A stretch of 64,000 bases of DNA. Origin: an uncultured Kangiella sp. Its GTDB lineage: Bacteria > Pseudomonadota > Gammaproteobacteria > Enterobacterales > Kangiellaceae. Under the pieces are notes generated by a model that searched no databases, was not told the DNA's origin, and saw nothing but the letters and a program-made list of their open reading frames with translations. Positions 28,701 to 39,175 of this stretch are shown in pieces (positions within the stretch are counted from its first letter, which is position 1; every line of letters begins with the position of its first letter). Location of the stretch: contig CANNCW010000005.1 in NCBI GenBank assembly GCA_947503345.1, positions 114,454 to 178,453 of the forward strand, in the 5' to 3' direction. A program made the position numbers and the translations under genes.

Positions 28701-30906
28701 GGCGACGACTTACCTCAAAAATATTAGGAAGCTGTTTTAATAAACTTAAAATACGCTGTAGATCTTCAGAAGCGGCTAATTCAACCTCTAAATTGATAGT
28801 CACTTGTTCTTTATTTTTATGAGTGTTCATGTCCGTAATGGCCGCATCTTCATTTGATAAAACAGTGGTTACATCTTTTAGCAAACCTCTTCTATCAAAT
28901 GCGTGAATGGTTAAATCAACCGCGTAATTATTGGCAGAATCCCCTTCCCAATCCACGTCAATAACTCTTTCCGGCTTTTGCTCTAACGCCTTTTTTGCGT
29001 GAACACATTCTTTGCTATGAATAACAATTCCACGACCTTGCGTGATATAACCAATAATAGATTCACCTGGAACTGGCTTACAACACTTGGCAATATTGGT
29101 TAAGAGATCGCCAACACCTGACACTGAAATATCCGACATGGATTTTCGTTTGGTTTTCTTTTTCAATGCAGGAGTTATATCTTGACGCTGTTGTTCTTCG
29201 GGCTGGAACAATTCTCGTGCACGATTGATTACAAGGTTAATACCCAAATCACCTGTGCCTATTTTTGCTAACAACTCCATTTCAGCAGCTAAATGTAAAC
29301 GTGAAGCTAATTCTGAGAAGTCAGCATCCTTAATACCAACTCTTGCCAGCTCTTTTTCTAATAAAACTCTACCCTCATTGGCATTATCTTCTTTATTAAG
29401 CTTATTGAACCACTGATTGATCTTTCCACGAGTACGACTGGCACTAATATAACCATGATAGGGGACTAGCCAATCACGGCTTGGCGCTTCATCCTTTTTA
29501 GTCATAATCTCAATAACATCGCCGCTTTTTACTTTATAAGTTAAAGGCACAATTCGCCCCTTAACTTTTGCGCCAATACAACGATGCCCCACAGATGTAT
29601 GAACACGATAAGCAAAATCAATAGGAGTACACCCTGCTGGCAAATCCACGACCTTTCCACCAGGGGTAAAGGTAAAAACTCTATCCTCTGAAACTGATGT
29701 TTGGAATTCATCCATTAACTCATCAGGATTGGCATCTGCCAACTCAGATTGCCACTCTAAAAGTTGACGCATCCAAGCAATTTTTTCATCAACGCCTGCT
29801 TTGGCAATATTGGCACCTTCTTTATAAGCCCAATGGGCGGCAATCCCTTTTTCTGCTTCTTCATGCATCTTAAAGGTTCTGATCTGAACTTCTATCACTC
29901 GTCCTTCAGGACCTAGTACTGCCGTATGAATTGAGCTATAACCATTTTCTTTTGGTGTCGCCACATAATCATCAAACTCTTTGGGTATATGTTGCCACTC
30001 TCCATGCACAATCCCTAAAGTTGCATAACAGTCCTGGACTTTTTCGACCAAAATTCGAACCGCTCGAACATCATAAATCTCTTCAAAAGGCAGGTTCTTC
30101 CGTTGCATCTTCTTCCAGATGCTATAAATATGCTTAACGCGACCTGAAACTTCGCCTTGAATGTTTTCAGCTTCAATCTTATCCGTTAATAACTGAATAA
30201 CATTTTTAATATACTTCTCACGTGCTACCCGCTTTTCTTTTAAGTTTTTCGCAATATTCTTATAGGTTTCTGGTTCTAAATATCGAAAAGCAAAATCTTC
30301 CAACTCCCACTTTAACTGACCAATACCCAAACGATTAGCCAATGGAGCAAAGATATCTTTAGTTTCGCGTGCAAAAGTAATTTGCAACTCACGACTAGAA
30401 TTTTTGATATGGCGTAAAGAAATTACACGGTCAGCTAGCTTTAAAAGCACAACTCGTGCATCGTCAACCATCGCCAAGAGCATCTTACGTAAGCTTTCAA
30501 TTTGCTGGCTGTCCTGCTCCGCACCCGTTTGCTGCTGAAGGTTACGAATAGCCTCCATCTGACCAGCGCCATTTACCAAATCAGCAATCGGCTTGCCGAC
30601 TTTATCCTTAATGGTCTCTATCTTAATTGAATCAGCAATCACCGCCGGCAACAAAATTGCCGCAGTCAAAGTATCCGAATCCGCATTAAAATGAGTCAAC
30701 ACCTCAGCAAGTTCCAAACCCGCCGCTAAAGTATTCAACTTTAAATTTGGTGTCTTTGATACATTCTTCTCCGCAAGCCCTACCGCCAAAGCCATTTTTT
30801 TCATGGCCTTACTGGTCAACTCCAACTCATTTAAAGCAAGCCAAGCCTCAAACTCAAACTTATCCTGCTCTATCAACTCAAATATATCGTGATCTTTACG
30901 CTTCAT
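28693..30906 (-). CDS. relA: (p)ppGpp synthetase RelA
   Basis: Degenerate HD motif (AAILLP), EFDDY, GRVKHIYSI, EVQIRT, TGS/ZFD/ACT domains. Confidence 0.96.
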   Translation of the reverse strand: MKRKDHDIFELIEQDKFEFEAWLALNELELTSKAMKKMALAVGLAEKNVSKTPNLKLNTLAAGLELAEVLTHFNADSDTLTAAILLPAVIADSIKIETIKDKVGKPIADLVNGAGQMEAIRNLQQQTGAEQDSQQIESLRKMLLAMVDDARVVLLKLADRVISLRHIKNSSRELQITFARETKDIFAPLANRLGIGQLKWELEDFAFRYLEPETYKNIAKNLKEKRVAREKYIKNVIQLLTDKIEAENIQGEVSGRVKHIYSIWKKMQRKNLPFEEIYDVRAVRILVEKVQDCYATLGIVHGEWQHIPKEFDDYVATPKENGYSSIHTAVLGPEGRVIEVQIRTFKMHEEAEKGIAAHWAYKEGANIAKAGVDEKIAWMRQLLEWQSELADANPDELMDEFQTSVSEDRVFTFTPGGKVVDLPAGCTPIDFAYRVHTSVGHRCIGAKVKGRIVPLTYKVKSGDVIEIMTKKDEAPSRDWLVPYHGYISASRTRGKINQWFNKLNKEDNANEGRVLLEKELARVGIKDADFSELASRLHLAAEMELLAKIGTGDLGINLVINRARELFQPEEQQRQDITPALKKKTKRKSMSDISVSGVGDLLTNIAKCCKPVPGESIIGYITQGRGIVIHSKECVHAKKALEQKPERVIDVDWEGDSANNYAVDLTIHAFDRRGLLKDVTTVLSNEDAAITDMNTHKNKEQVTINLEVELAASEDLQRILSLLKQLPNIFEVSRRRG

Positions 30907-31026
30907 TGCCTAATGACTTTAGTTCTAGAAAATCTATCCGAAAGGATGTTTTAACAAATTATTAGCTAGTTGGATATATAAAAATGTAATAAGATATGCA
31001 AACTTTAAAGTTTCGAACTTAGCCGT

Positions 31027-31449
31027 ATGAATATCACATTATTAAAAAAATATTTCTTGCTAATCACCTTCGTACTTTTATTCTCATGTGCTGATAAAAA
31101 GCCCTATCCTGATACATGGTTAAACAATACTGATATCTCAAACACCTATATGGAATTGCATGAATTAGTAAAAGAAAACTATGGTTTGATTTATAACTTA
31201 GTAATCCAAGAAAAAAAGCACAGCGAAGAAGTTTATTTAAGTCAAGCTTATCAGAAAATATATGAAAATGATTTTCAAAACTTCATTACAGAGTCAAATT
31301 TCACCAGTAAAAAACCTTTTGTTGAATACCTATTATTTATACAAAGACCTTTGAACCAATACTCAAAAAATTTTGACCCTGAACCAAAAAAAACACTAGA
31401 TGAAATAAACTCCAAGATAATGAAATTACTAGAGCTTGTAGATAAATAA
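31027..31449 (+). CDS. Hypothetical lipoprotein
   Basis: Lipobox LFSC after a hydrophobic core; very AT-rich; no motif recognised. Confidence 0.6.
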   Translation: MNITLLKKYFLLITFVLLFSCADKKPYPDTWLNNTDISNTYMELHELVKENYGLIYNLVIQEKKHSEEVYLSQAYQKIYENDFQNFITESNFTSKKPFVEYLLFIQRPLNQYSKNFDPEPKKTLDEINSKIMKLLELVDK

Positions 31450-31510
31450 AATCAATTAAATCTGTGGTAAGAAAAGTATAAAGTCTCGTGAGGAAAGTGA
31501 ATGTTATTGA

Positions 31511-31538
31511 AGCTCATTTGCTATCAACCAAATGAGCT
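31511..31538. terminator. Hairpin between the convergent lipoprotein gene and rlmD
   Basis: AGCTCATTTG-8 nt-CAAATGAGCT. Confidence 0.5.
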
Positions 31539-31572
31539 CGCCAAAAACTAAAATAACAACGTATTAACTGAA

Positions 31573-32907
31573 TCAATCCTTCAAAAACAGGGCGATAGAC
31601 TCTGTGTGGGTAGTCCCTGGAAACATATCCATAACTCCTGCTTTCACTAACTTATAGCCTTTATCCTTTAATTCACCAGCATCTCTAGCCAAGGTTGCAG
31701 GGTTACAAGATACATAAACGATTCGTTCTGGGTTAAAGCGGGTAATGTTTTGAACAACATCGAGTGCACCACTTCGCGGTGGATCGATTAGCACTTTATT
31801 GAAACCTTGTTGAGCCCACTCTTCTGCAGTGAAGTCGTCTTGTAAGTTTGTTGCATAGAACTCCACATTATCTAGACCATTATGTTTGGCATTCATTCCA
31901 CCACGTTCTACCATGGCTTCAGAACCTTCTACGCCAATAACATTTTTTGCCACTGTAGCTAATGGGACCGTAAAATTCCCTAAACCGCAGAACAAATCCA
32001 AGATTCGGTCTTCGTCTTTAGGTTCTAACCAGTCAATGGCTTTTTTGACCATCTGCTGGTTAATACTGGCATTAACCTGAGTAAAGTCCATTGGATGGAA
32101 TAATAACTCCACATCAAAAACATCTATTTTATAAGACATCCAATCACGATCATCCGGCCCATAGATCAGCTTAACAGTATCCGGCCCTTTGGCTTGCGAA
32201 TAGATATATAAGCCATGCTCTTTACCAAAGTCAGTCCATAAGCCTATATCTTTTTCTGTTAGTTCGACTAAATGACGTACCACCAAAGCCACTTGGTCAT
32301 CACCCATGGCGACTTCTAATTGCGCGGTTTTGTTATTAGTATCAAGTTCTGAAATCATGTCACGTAACGGACGAATCAATTGCCCTACTCTTTGATCAAG
32401 AACAGCACAAGATTCTATTTGCGCTAAGAAATTACTTTTCTTTTCACGGAAGCCCACAAGTGCACCACCTTTCTTCGGTACAAATTTCACACCTAAGCGG
32501 GCTTTGCGACGGTATCCTAAAACATCAGCTTGCATTGGCTCTACTAGTTCATAATCTTCAGCAGCACCAAAATGTTTTAATTGCTCAACTAAGACCGCTT
32601 GTTTATGGGCAATTTGCGCTGAATTAGCCATATGTTGCAAACTACAACCGCCACAAATATCCGCGTGGGCACAAGGTGGGATTACCCTGTCTTCAGATGA
32701 CTTATGAATTTCCACCGCTAGACCTTCGTCAAACTTGCCGCGCTTTTCCGTATAAATAAAATCAACTTCTTCGCCCATTAGGGCATTATCGACAAAAGTT
32801 GTTTTACCTTCGATTGAACAAATACCACGCCCTTCATGGGAAAATGCATGAATAGATGCGGTTACTGGATCTTTGGGTAAAGGTTTTCTGCGGCGACGTC
32901 TAGCCAT
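31573..32907 (-). CDS. rlmD: 23S rRNA m5U1939 methyltransferase
   Basis: TRAM domain, CAHADICGGCSLQH Fe-S motif, FTQVN, LDLFCGLGNF, DPPRSG, YVSCNPATLARD. Confidence 0.96.
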   Translation of the reverse strand: MARRRRRKPLPKDPVTASIHAFSHEGRGICSIEGKTTFVDNALMGEEVDFIYTEKRGKFDEGLAVEIHKSSEDRVIPPCAHADICGGCSLQHMANSAQIAHKQAVLVEQLKHFGAAEDYELVEPMQADVLGYRRKARLGVKFVPKKGGALVGFREKKSNFLAQIESCAVLDQRVGQLIRPLRDMISELDTNNKTAQLEVAMGDDQVALVVRHLVELTEKDIGLWTDFGKEHGLYIYSQAKGPDTVKLIYGPDDRDWMSYKIDVFDVELLFHPMDFTQVNASINQQMVKKAIDWLEPKDEDRILDLFCGLGNFTVPLATVAKNVIGVEGSEAMVERGGMNAKHNGLDNVEFYATNLQDDFTAEEWAQQGFNKVLIDPPRSGALDVVQNITRFNPERIVYVSCNPATLARDAGELKDKGYKLVKAGVMDMFPGTTHTESIALFLKD

Positions 32908-32957
32908 AATATTTCTCTAATCAGTGTTTTTTTTACAATAGATATTGCTATGGATAA

Positions 32958-33740
32958 CTATTTCCAAGCTTCAAGAAACTCATTGAAGTGTTCTTTGCCT
33001 TCATGATTTAGGGCCTCCTGACGCAAATAATCCCTTAATTTCTGCGCTTCGAGCTCATAGTCATCCATACTCAAATTGCCGCGCATTATCTCAAAACGCA
33101 AGTAAACAAGATAGGTATTTAAGACATCTGTTTCGCAATAATCACGAATGGCTTTCAAACTGCCTTCATTATAGGTTTCCCAAACTTTGGCACCGCTCAT
33201 ACCCATTTTCCCAGGGTAACCGAGCATAGAAGCTAATTTATCCAAAGGAGCATTGGCTCGACCATTATAAAGTGCCAACAAATCCATTAGGTCCGTATGG
33301 CGCGATTGATAACGATTCAAGTAGTTATTCCATTTAAACTGGCTATCAATTTCACCCTGATCCCAATATTTTTGAGCTACTACATTGTGTTTCATGGCAC
33401 GGTAATGTAGCACTGGCAAATCAAAACCTGAGCCGTTCCATGATACTAAAGTTGGGGTAAAACGCTCTATGCCATCAAAGAAACGTTGAATAATCTCTTT
33501 CTCATCAGCGTTTTCATCACCAAGCGTCCAAACCTTTACCTTATCGCCATAACGAAATACTGCTGAAATGGCTACAATCTTATGTAAATATAGAGGTTGA
33601 AAAGTCGTACCCGATTGTTGGTAACGCATATGCTCCATGGCAGATACCACATCGGCATCTGACAAGCCATCAAATTCATTCAAGCTTCTTCCAGCCTCAA
33701 AATCAGGAATCGTTTCAATATCAAATACAAAAATGTTCAT
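32958..33740 (-). CDS. PolB-like 3'-5' exonuclease family protein
   Basis: VFDIETIPD, SWNGSGFDLPVL, HTDLMD, YCETDVLNTY; usual neighbour of rlmD. Confidence 0.88.
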   Translation of the reverse strand: MNIFVFDIETIPDFEAGRSLNEFDGLSDADVVSAMEHMRYQQSGTTFQPLYLHKIVAISAVFRYGDKVKVWTLGDENADEKEIIQRFFDGIERFTPTLVSWNGSGFDLPVLHYRAMKHNVVAQKYWDQGEIDSQFKWNNYLNRYQSRHTDLMDLLALYNGRANAPLDKLASMLGYPGKMGMSGAKVWETYNEGSLKAIRDYCETDVLNTYLVYLRFEIMRGNLSMDDYELEAQKLRDYLRQEALNHEGKEHFNEFLEAWK

Positions 33741-33886
33741 AAGGTGCGCCTATTTCAATCACTTGCGTCTATTTGCATAGCAAGGTAGATTAGGGTGGTT
33801 ATTAATAATAAATGGAATTCTACACGAGTTTAAGCCTTTTGATTAGTATCAATATTTTTCAATTTGGGGAAAAAACAACCTCTTCT

Positions 33887-34867
33887 ATGACAGTATTTAT
33901 TTCCAAAGTAATGCTTTTGTTACTCATAAATAACTGTCTGACTTTTCAGGTAATCGCTGAACAAGATGTTGCACCTGAAAATACCAAGAAAAAAGTATTG
34001 TGGGTTAGCAATAAAAAAGATAAAGATAAAGATAAAGATCTAACTTTCCGCGGATTTAAATATGCGGCTAAAGGTAAATATGTTCTTCAATATATTTCTA
34101 TTGATTCGAATGTGATTAACCAATTAGATACAAGAGAAAGCTCTTTTGACTTTATAATTGCATCTGGCGATAACGCTTGGGAACTTATAGCAAAATTAAA
34201 TCACAACGTAGCCTTAATTGGCATTGGTTTAAATCAATCAAACATCCAAAAATACTCAACAATTAGGCGAAGTAATCATTACTTAATCGCTAAAGAGCAA
34301 GCCCCGCAACGCATATTTGCCATGATGTCTGTTTTAGATTTAAATCATTCGCAAGCTGCGGCCTTATTTAACAAAAATCAAATACAAGAAAAATTTGAGT
34401 TCTATAAACAGTCCAAAGTTAGAGGCTTACCATTTAAAGCCATTAATATTCAAAAGAATCAAAACATATTAAAAATAATTGCAAGCGTACAAGACTGCTG
34501 CAGAATTCTATATTTAAAAGATAGTGACTTCTTATCAAGTCCTGAAAAAATAAAATCTATTTTAATTGAGAGCTATCGACGCCGAATCATTGTCATCGGT
34601 AATCATCAGGACATGCTCAAACTTGGTGCTATGTATGTTATTTACACCCCAGATCATGAGCTAGGTATTCAAGCCGCTTCTACAATTCAATCTTTAATTG
34701 AAAACAAAGACATAACGCCAGTGCAAAGACCAAAAGAATTTGTAATAGATTCGAACGTTACTCTTAGAAAGCTTATCGGTGGAAGCCTAATTAACCAACC
34801 AATCGGTGATTTACTCAATAAAACCAAGTTACTAGATAGTATCGTAGACAAGGATATAGAACTATGA
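33887..34867 (+). CDS. ABC-type substrate-binding-like periplasmic protein
   Basis: Signal-peptide-like N-terminus from ATG 33887 (ORF open from 33812); QAP.R, ILI.SYRRRIIVIG, LKLGA.Y, G.QAA and F.IDSNV.L..L resemble the ABC_sub_bind pattern; ATGA overlap with the kinase gene. Confidence 0.6.
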   Translation: MTVFISKVMLLLLINNCLTFQVIAEQDVAPENTKKKVLWVSNKKDKDKDKDLTFRGFKYAAKGKYVLQYISIDSNVINQLDTRESSFDFIIASGDNAWELIAKLNHNVALIGIGLNQSNIQKYSTIRRSNHYLIAKEQAPQRIFAMMSVLDLNHSQAAALFNKNQIQEKFEFYKQSKVRGLPFKAINIQKNQNILKIIASVQDCCRILYLKDSDFLSSPEKIKSILIESYRRRIIVIGNHQDMLKLGAMYVIYTPDHELGIQAASTIQSLIENKDITPVQRPKEFVIDSNVTLRKLIGGSLINQPIGDLLNKTKLLDSIVDKDIEL

Positions 34868-37683
34868 AGAAGTGGGATTTAAGCTCAAGAATCATACTTA
34901 TTTCTCTTGCACCTACCCTGTTAGTTGCTTTGCTATTACTGCTGTTTTTTAATACCAGCTTTTCAAGCAATATCGACAATTCCTTGCAAAAAAGAGCCGT
35001 TACTATAGCTTCAAACTTAGCAGTAACAAGTGAGTTTGATATTGTCAGTCAGAACTTTATAAACCTTGCTAATCATGGCGCTAAAGCTCAGGAAAACAAT
35101 AGTGATTTAGAAGCGGTTGTTTTTTTTAATAATAATCATCGAATAATTTCTTCAACTGGCCCTATTGAAATTGTAGATAAAATTCCTACCTTTACTTTCG
35201 GTGAAGTAGACAATCCTTCTATTAGTGCCGTCGAAACCAAGAATACATCCTTTAAACAGTTTTTAGATGGCTATATTTACTTTCATTTGATCAGGCCCAG
35301 TTTTCAAGATTTAAACTCAGACTATTATGCAGCTACTAACTCACAACTACAAAGTGAAGATTTCATTGGTTACGTCGCTATATACGTGTCTATGGAGCAA
35401 TCTAATAGCATAAAGAGAAATATTTTTATTGTAGCTACTATTATCTGCTTGCTAGGAATGATCTTAAGCGTTTTCTTGGCAAGCAGACTGGCGTCAGGTG
35501 TTGTAAAACCAATTCAATCAATGATAACAGCGGCAAAAAAAATCAAAGAGGGCTTTTTAAATACAAGGATTAAAACCTACTCAAAATCAGAGTTGTTATC
35601 GCTTGAGCAAGGCTTCAATTCAATGGCAGAAAAGTTAGAGCATAACCAAGAAGAGCTCAAGGCAGCTGTCAACCAAGCAACATCTGACTTACAAGATACT
35701 TTAGAAACGTTAGAAGTAAACAACCTTGAACTTGACCTGGCACGCAAACAGGCTCTAGAAGCAAGCCGCGTTAAGACAGAATTTCTTGCTAATATGGGCC
35801 ATGAAATTAGAACTCCGATGAACGGCGTTATTGGTTTTACAGAGTTGCTTTTAAAAACCGAACTCAACAATAAACAAAAGGACTTTTTACTTGATATTAA
35901 ACGTTCAGCTTCAAATCTTTTGTCTATCATCGATGACATCTTAGACTACTCAAAAATTGAAGCTGGCAAAATGTCTTTGGAACGGTATCCTTTTGATTTA
36001 AGAGAATGTGTTGATGATGTGTTTAGCATGCTTGGCCAAAATGCAAATAAAAAAGGGGTTGAATTAGTCTCGCTTGTTTATTCAGACATTCCGGATTCTC
36101 TACTCGGAGATCCCATTAGAATTAAGCAAATCATTACCAATTTAATTAGTAACTCTATCAAGTTTACAAATGCTGGCAGTATTGAATTACATGCTGAAAT
36201 TGAATCAGAACTTGACAGCGAGCTTACCTTAAAAATTAAAGTAAAAGATACAGGGATAGGCTTAAGCATAGACCAGCAAAACTCTTTGTTTAAAGCATTT
36301 AACCAAGCCGATGCCAGTACTAAAAGAATTTTTGGCGGAACTGGCTTAGGGCTTGTTATATCCAAATCTTTAGTAGAAAAAATGGGCGGGGAAATATTTG
36401 TTGATAGTAATGAAGGCGAAGGAGCGACATTTTGGTTTACCTTAAAGTGTCTTCGTTCAGAATCCTCTAAAGAAACAAAGTTCAACTCGCAAATATTAGC
36501 TCATAATTCTGCATTAGTATTTGACCCCCACCCATCAACTAGACTTTCAATGGTGCAAATGTTAGAAAACTTGGGAATGCCTGTAAAAAGCTTTGATACT
36601 GTGGAAGACTTAACCACTGAACTTGAATTACATTATGAAAATAAGAAAAATTTAGATATCGTTATAGTTGGTGGTCAAACATTCAAACGGCGCCAAACTC
36701 AATTAGAATATATTTGCTCTATGGCATCGAACATAGACTGCCCTGTCATTACTTTCAGTACTTCTCCTGATGCAACTGCTCTTGATAAACTACAGGAATT
36801 AGGAGTTAACCGAACTCTCAGGAAACCAGTCACTCATAGAAATATGTATAATGTTTTACTGGAAACTCTGCGCGACAAAAATATTGACATCGATGGGAAT
36901 AATGACTTCGATATTACTCAACTATCAGACTTATATGTTCTTGCTGTTGATGATAATGCGGCGAATCTTAGGTTGGTATCTATTTTATTGAGCGATCTAG
37001 GGCTTAATGTGGATGTTGCTGAAAATGGCATAGAGGCTATTTCGCTAAGTAAAGATAAAGTTTATGATCTTATCTTAATGGATATACAAATGCCTGAAAT
37101 TGATGGTTTAGAAGCGACACGCACCATCAAGGCAAATAACACAAATTCCAGAACACCGATCGTTGCTTTAACAGCACACGCTATGGCAAATGAGAAAGAG
37201 CAATTACTAGAGGCTGGCATGGCGGATTATATGACGAAGCCAGTTTCAGAAAGTGATCTTGTAAGGATGCTATTTAAATGGACCCAAAATTCTGTTGTCA
37301 ATACAGAGATTCTTGAAGAAAATAATAAAGGTTCTGAAGAAACTTTAGATTGGGATTTAAGTATAAAATTAGCGAACGGTAATACCAGCCTTGCGATAGA
37401 TATGTTAAAAATGCTGGTCGATTCTAATTATGAAACTAGTAAAAATATCCATGCCGCTTATCAAGCTCAAGAGTTTGAAAACTTATTACACCAAGTTCAT
37501 AAATTGCACGGGGCGAGTTGTTACCTTGGAACCCCGCGCTTAAAGCGCCTTAGCTCAAATTACGAAACCAAATTAAAAAAGCAACAGTTTAATTCTATAG
37601 AACAAATTCATAATGATTTGTTAACGGAATTAGAAAAGATTAATAATGAAGCAAAACCTTATATTGCTGAAGTGGTCTCTTAA
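34864..37683 (+). CDS. barA: Hybrid sensor histidine kinase of the BarA/GacS type
   Basis: Two TMs, HAMP, H-box HEIRTPMNG, N/G1/F/G2 boxes, degenerate receiver, active receiver LMDIQMP, Hpt HKLHG; divergent from the exonuclease-rlmD-relA block like barA/gacS. Confidence 0.85.
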   Translation: MKKWDLSSRIILISLAPTLLVALLLLLFFNTSFSSNIDNSLQKRAVTIASNLAVTSEFDIVSQNFINLANHGAKAQENNSDLEAVVFFNNNHRIISSTGPIEIVDKIPTFTFGEVDNPSISAVETKNTSFKQFLDGYIYFHLIRPSFQDLNSDYYAATNSQLQSEDFIGYVAIYVSMEQSNSIKRNIFIVATIICLLGMILSVFLASRLASGVVKPIQSMITAAKKIKEGFLNTRIKTYSKSELLSLEQGFNSMAEKLEHNQEELKAAVNQATSDLQDTLETLEVNNLELDLARKQALEASRVKTEFLANMGHEIRTPMNGVIGFTELLLKTELNNKQKDFLLDIKRSASNLLSIIDDILDYSKIEAGKMSLERYPFDLRECVDDVFSMLGQNANKKGVELVSLVYSDIPDSLLGDPIRIKQIITNLISNSIKFTNAGSIELHAEIESELDSELTLKIKVKDTGIGLSIDQQNSLFKAFNQADASTKRIFGGTGLGLVISKSLVEKMGGEIFVDSNEGEGATFWFTLKCLRSESSKETKFNSQILAHNSALVFDPHPSTRLSMVQMLENLGMPVKSFDTVEDLTTELELHYENKKNLDIVIVGGQTFKRRQTQLEYICSMASNIDCPVITFSTSPDATALDKLQELGVNRTLRKPVTHRNMYNVLLETLRDKNIDIDGNNDFDITQLSDLYVLAVDDNAANLRLVSILLSDLGLNVDVAENGIEAISLSKDKVYDLILMDIQMPEIDGLEATRTIKANNTNSRTPIVALTAHAMANEKEQLLEAGMADYMTKPVSESDLVRMLFKWTQNSVVNTEILEENNKGSEETLDWDLSIKLANGNTSLAIDMLKMLVDSNYETSKNIHAAYQAQEFENLLHQVHKLHGASCYLGTPRLKRLSSNYETKLKKQQFNSIEQIHNDLLTELEKINNEAKPYIAEVVS

Positions 37684-37696
37684 AGTTATTCGTTCG

Positions 37697-39046
37697 TTAC
37701 AATTGCTTTATTTTAATCGTCGTATCTATAACAGTAGCTAACTTGTCTAAGCCCTGTTGGGAAATCTTCCCTATTAACAAGTTATCATCAGTAACCCCTA
37801 TGATTTCTGTTTTGATAATTTGTCGCTCAATGGAATAAGCAGCTTCTAAATCTAACTGAACTTTATGATAATTAGGAGTATAACCAAAATAACGCTTGTT
37901 TCCATTTTCTAGAGTTAGTGTTGAGCTTTCCCATAAAATATCTGCACTATCACCAACTTGACTTGTTAACTCACGGTGTTTGAGTTTGGCAGCTAACTCA
38001 TGTAACTGACGGCTTCTTTGTTTTTTAGTTTCCTTTTCAATTTTATTTGATAAGCGAGAAGCTTTAGTTCCCTCACGATCAGAATAGCTAAAAATATGCA
38101 TATGACCAAAAGGTTGTGTTTCTACAAAGTCTAGCGTTTGTTGAAACTCTTCTTCTGTTTCTCCTGGAAAACCCACAATAACATCGGTAGTCACATTAAA
38201 GTTAGCTACATATTTTCTAGCTTCATTTACCAATTCTGCAAAAGTTTCTGTTTTGCAACGACGAGACATCCTCTTTAACACTGAGTTCGCGCCACTTTGA
38301 ATGGGTAAATGCATGTGTGGCATTAAACGAGGGTTTTTAAACAATTCAAAAAATCCATCCCCTAAGTCCCAAGGTTCTACCGATGCAAAACGAATTCTAG
38401 GAATGTTTGTTTTCTCTAAAATAGTTTCAACCAACTCATATAGACTTGAATCAATATCAGATCCATAACCGCCAACATGTACACCTGCCAAAACAATTTC
38501 TGGAATACCTTGCTCGTGAAGTTGGTTAATTTCTAAAATTAAATCATCTATTGAACGGCTTCGTTCTTCACCACGTGCAACCGTAACAATGCAATAGGTA
38601 CAACGATAGCGACAGCCATCTTGAATCTTAATAAACGCTCGCTCACGATTACGGGTAAATAAAGAGCTCTCACCTGGCTCAGTTGCAAACTCTGGCATTA
38701 CAGGAGCATCTAAGATCTCTTGCACCTTATCAACCAAAACCTCTTTATCGCTATTATCTACCACCAGATCCACACCCATTATTTTTTCTAACTCTTGTGG
38801 CTCTAGGGAAGCATAACACCCTGTCACCACCAAACGTGCGCTTGGATTATTACGATGATATTTACGGATAGTTTGACGAGATTTTCGCGCGGCTTCGGAA
38901 GTGACCGCACAAGTATTAAGCACCACCAAATCAGCCTGCTCTACTTGGTTTTCAAGTGCATAACCTTTAGCCTGAAAGGATTGGGCCCAGTTTTGCAACT
39001 CGGCTTCATTTAAACGGCAACCTAAAGAGCTTAGATGAACTTTCAT
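37697..39046 (-). CDS. mtaB: tRNA t6A37 methylthiotransferase MtaB
   Basis: LGCRLNEAE, NTCAVT, TGCYA, radical SAM CRYRCTYC in RERAFIKIQDGC, ARG..RSR. Confidence 0.88.
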   Translation of the reverse strand: MKVHLSSLGCRLNEAELQNWAQSFQAKGYALENQVEQADLVVLNTCAVTSEAARKSRQTIRKYHRNNPSARLVVTGCYASLEPQELEKIMGVDLVVDNSDKEVLVDKVQEILDAPVMPEFATEPGESSLFTRNRERAFIKIQDGCRYRCTYCIVTVARGEERSRSIDDLILEINQLHEQGIPEIVLAGVHVGGYGSDIDSSLYELVETILEKTNIPRIRFASVEPWDLGDGFFELFKNPRLMPHMHLPIQSGANSVLKRMSRRCKTETFAELVNEARKYVANFNVTTDVIVGFPGETEEEFQQTLDFVETQPFGHMHIFSYSDREGTKASRLSNKIEKETKKQRSRQLHELAAKLKHRELTSQVGDSADILWESSTLTLENGNKRYFGYTPNYHKVQLDLEAAYSIERQIIKTEIIGVTDDNLLIGKISQQGLDKLATVIDTTIKIKQL

Positions 39047-39137
39047 TAGTTGTGAGTAAATCTGTGGAAGTATAAATTGGCGGGGATTATAGCCTTAAAA
39101 TGACTAGTTTTCACTCAAAAACCATTCAGTCAGCCAT

Positions 39138-39161
39138 AAAAAAAGCGCCTTTCGGCGCTTT
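39138..39161 (-). terminator. mscS terminator
   Basis: AAAGCGCC-GAAA-GGCGCTTT followed by TTTT. Confidence 0.85.
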
Positions 39162-39175
39162 ATCTAAAATCAAAA

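Noticed and set aside
34016-34039. (AAAGAT)x4 microsatellite as a phase-variation switch
   Set aside because: Hexamer unit keeps the frame (KDKDKDKD) and only four copies; at most a length polymorphism.
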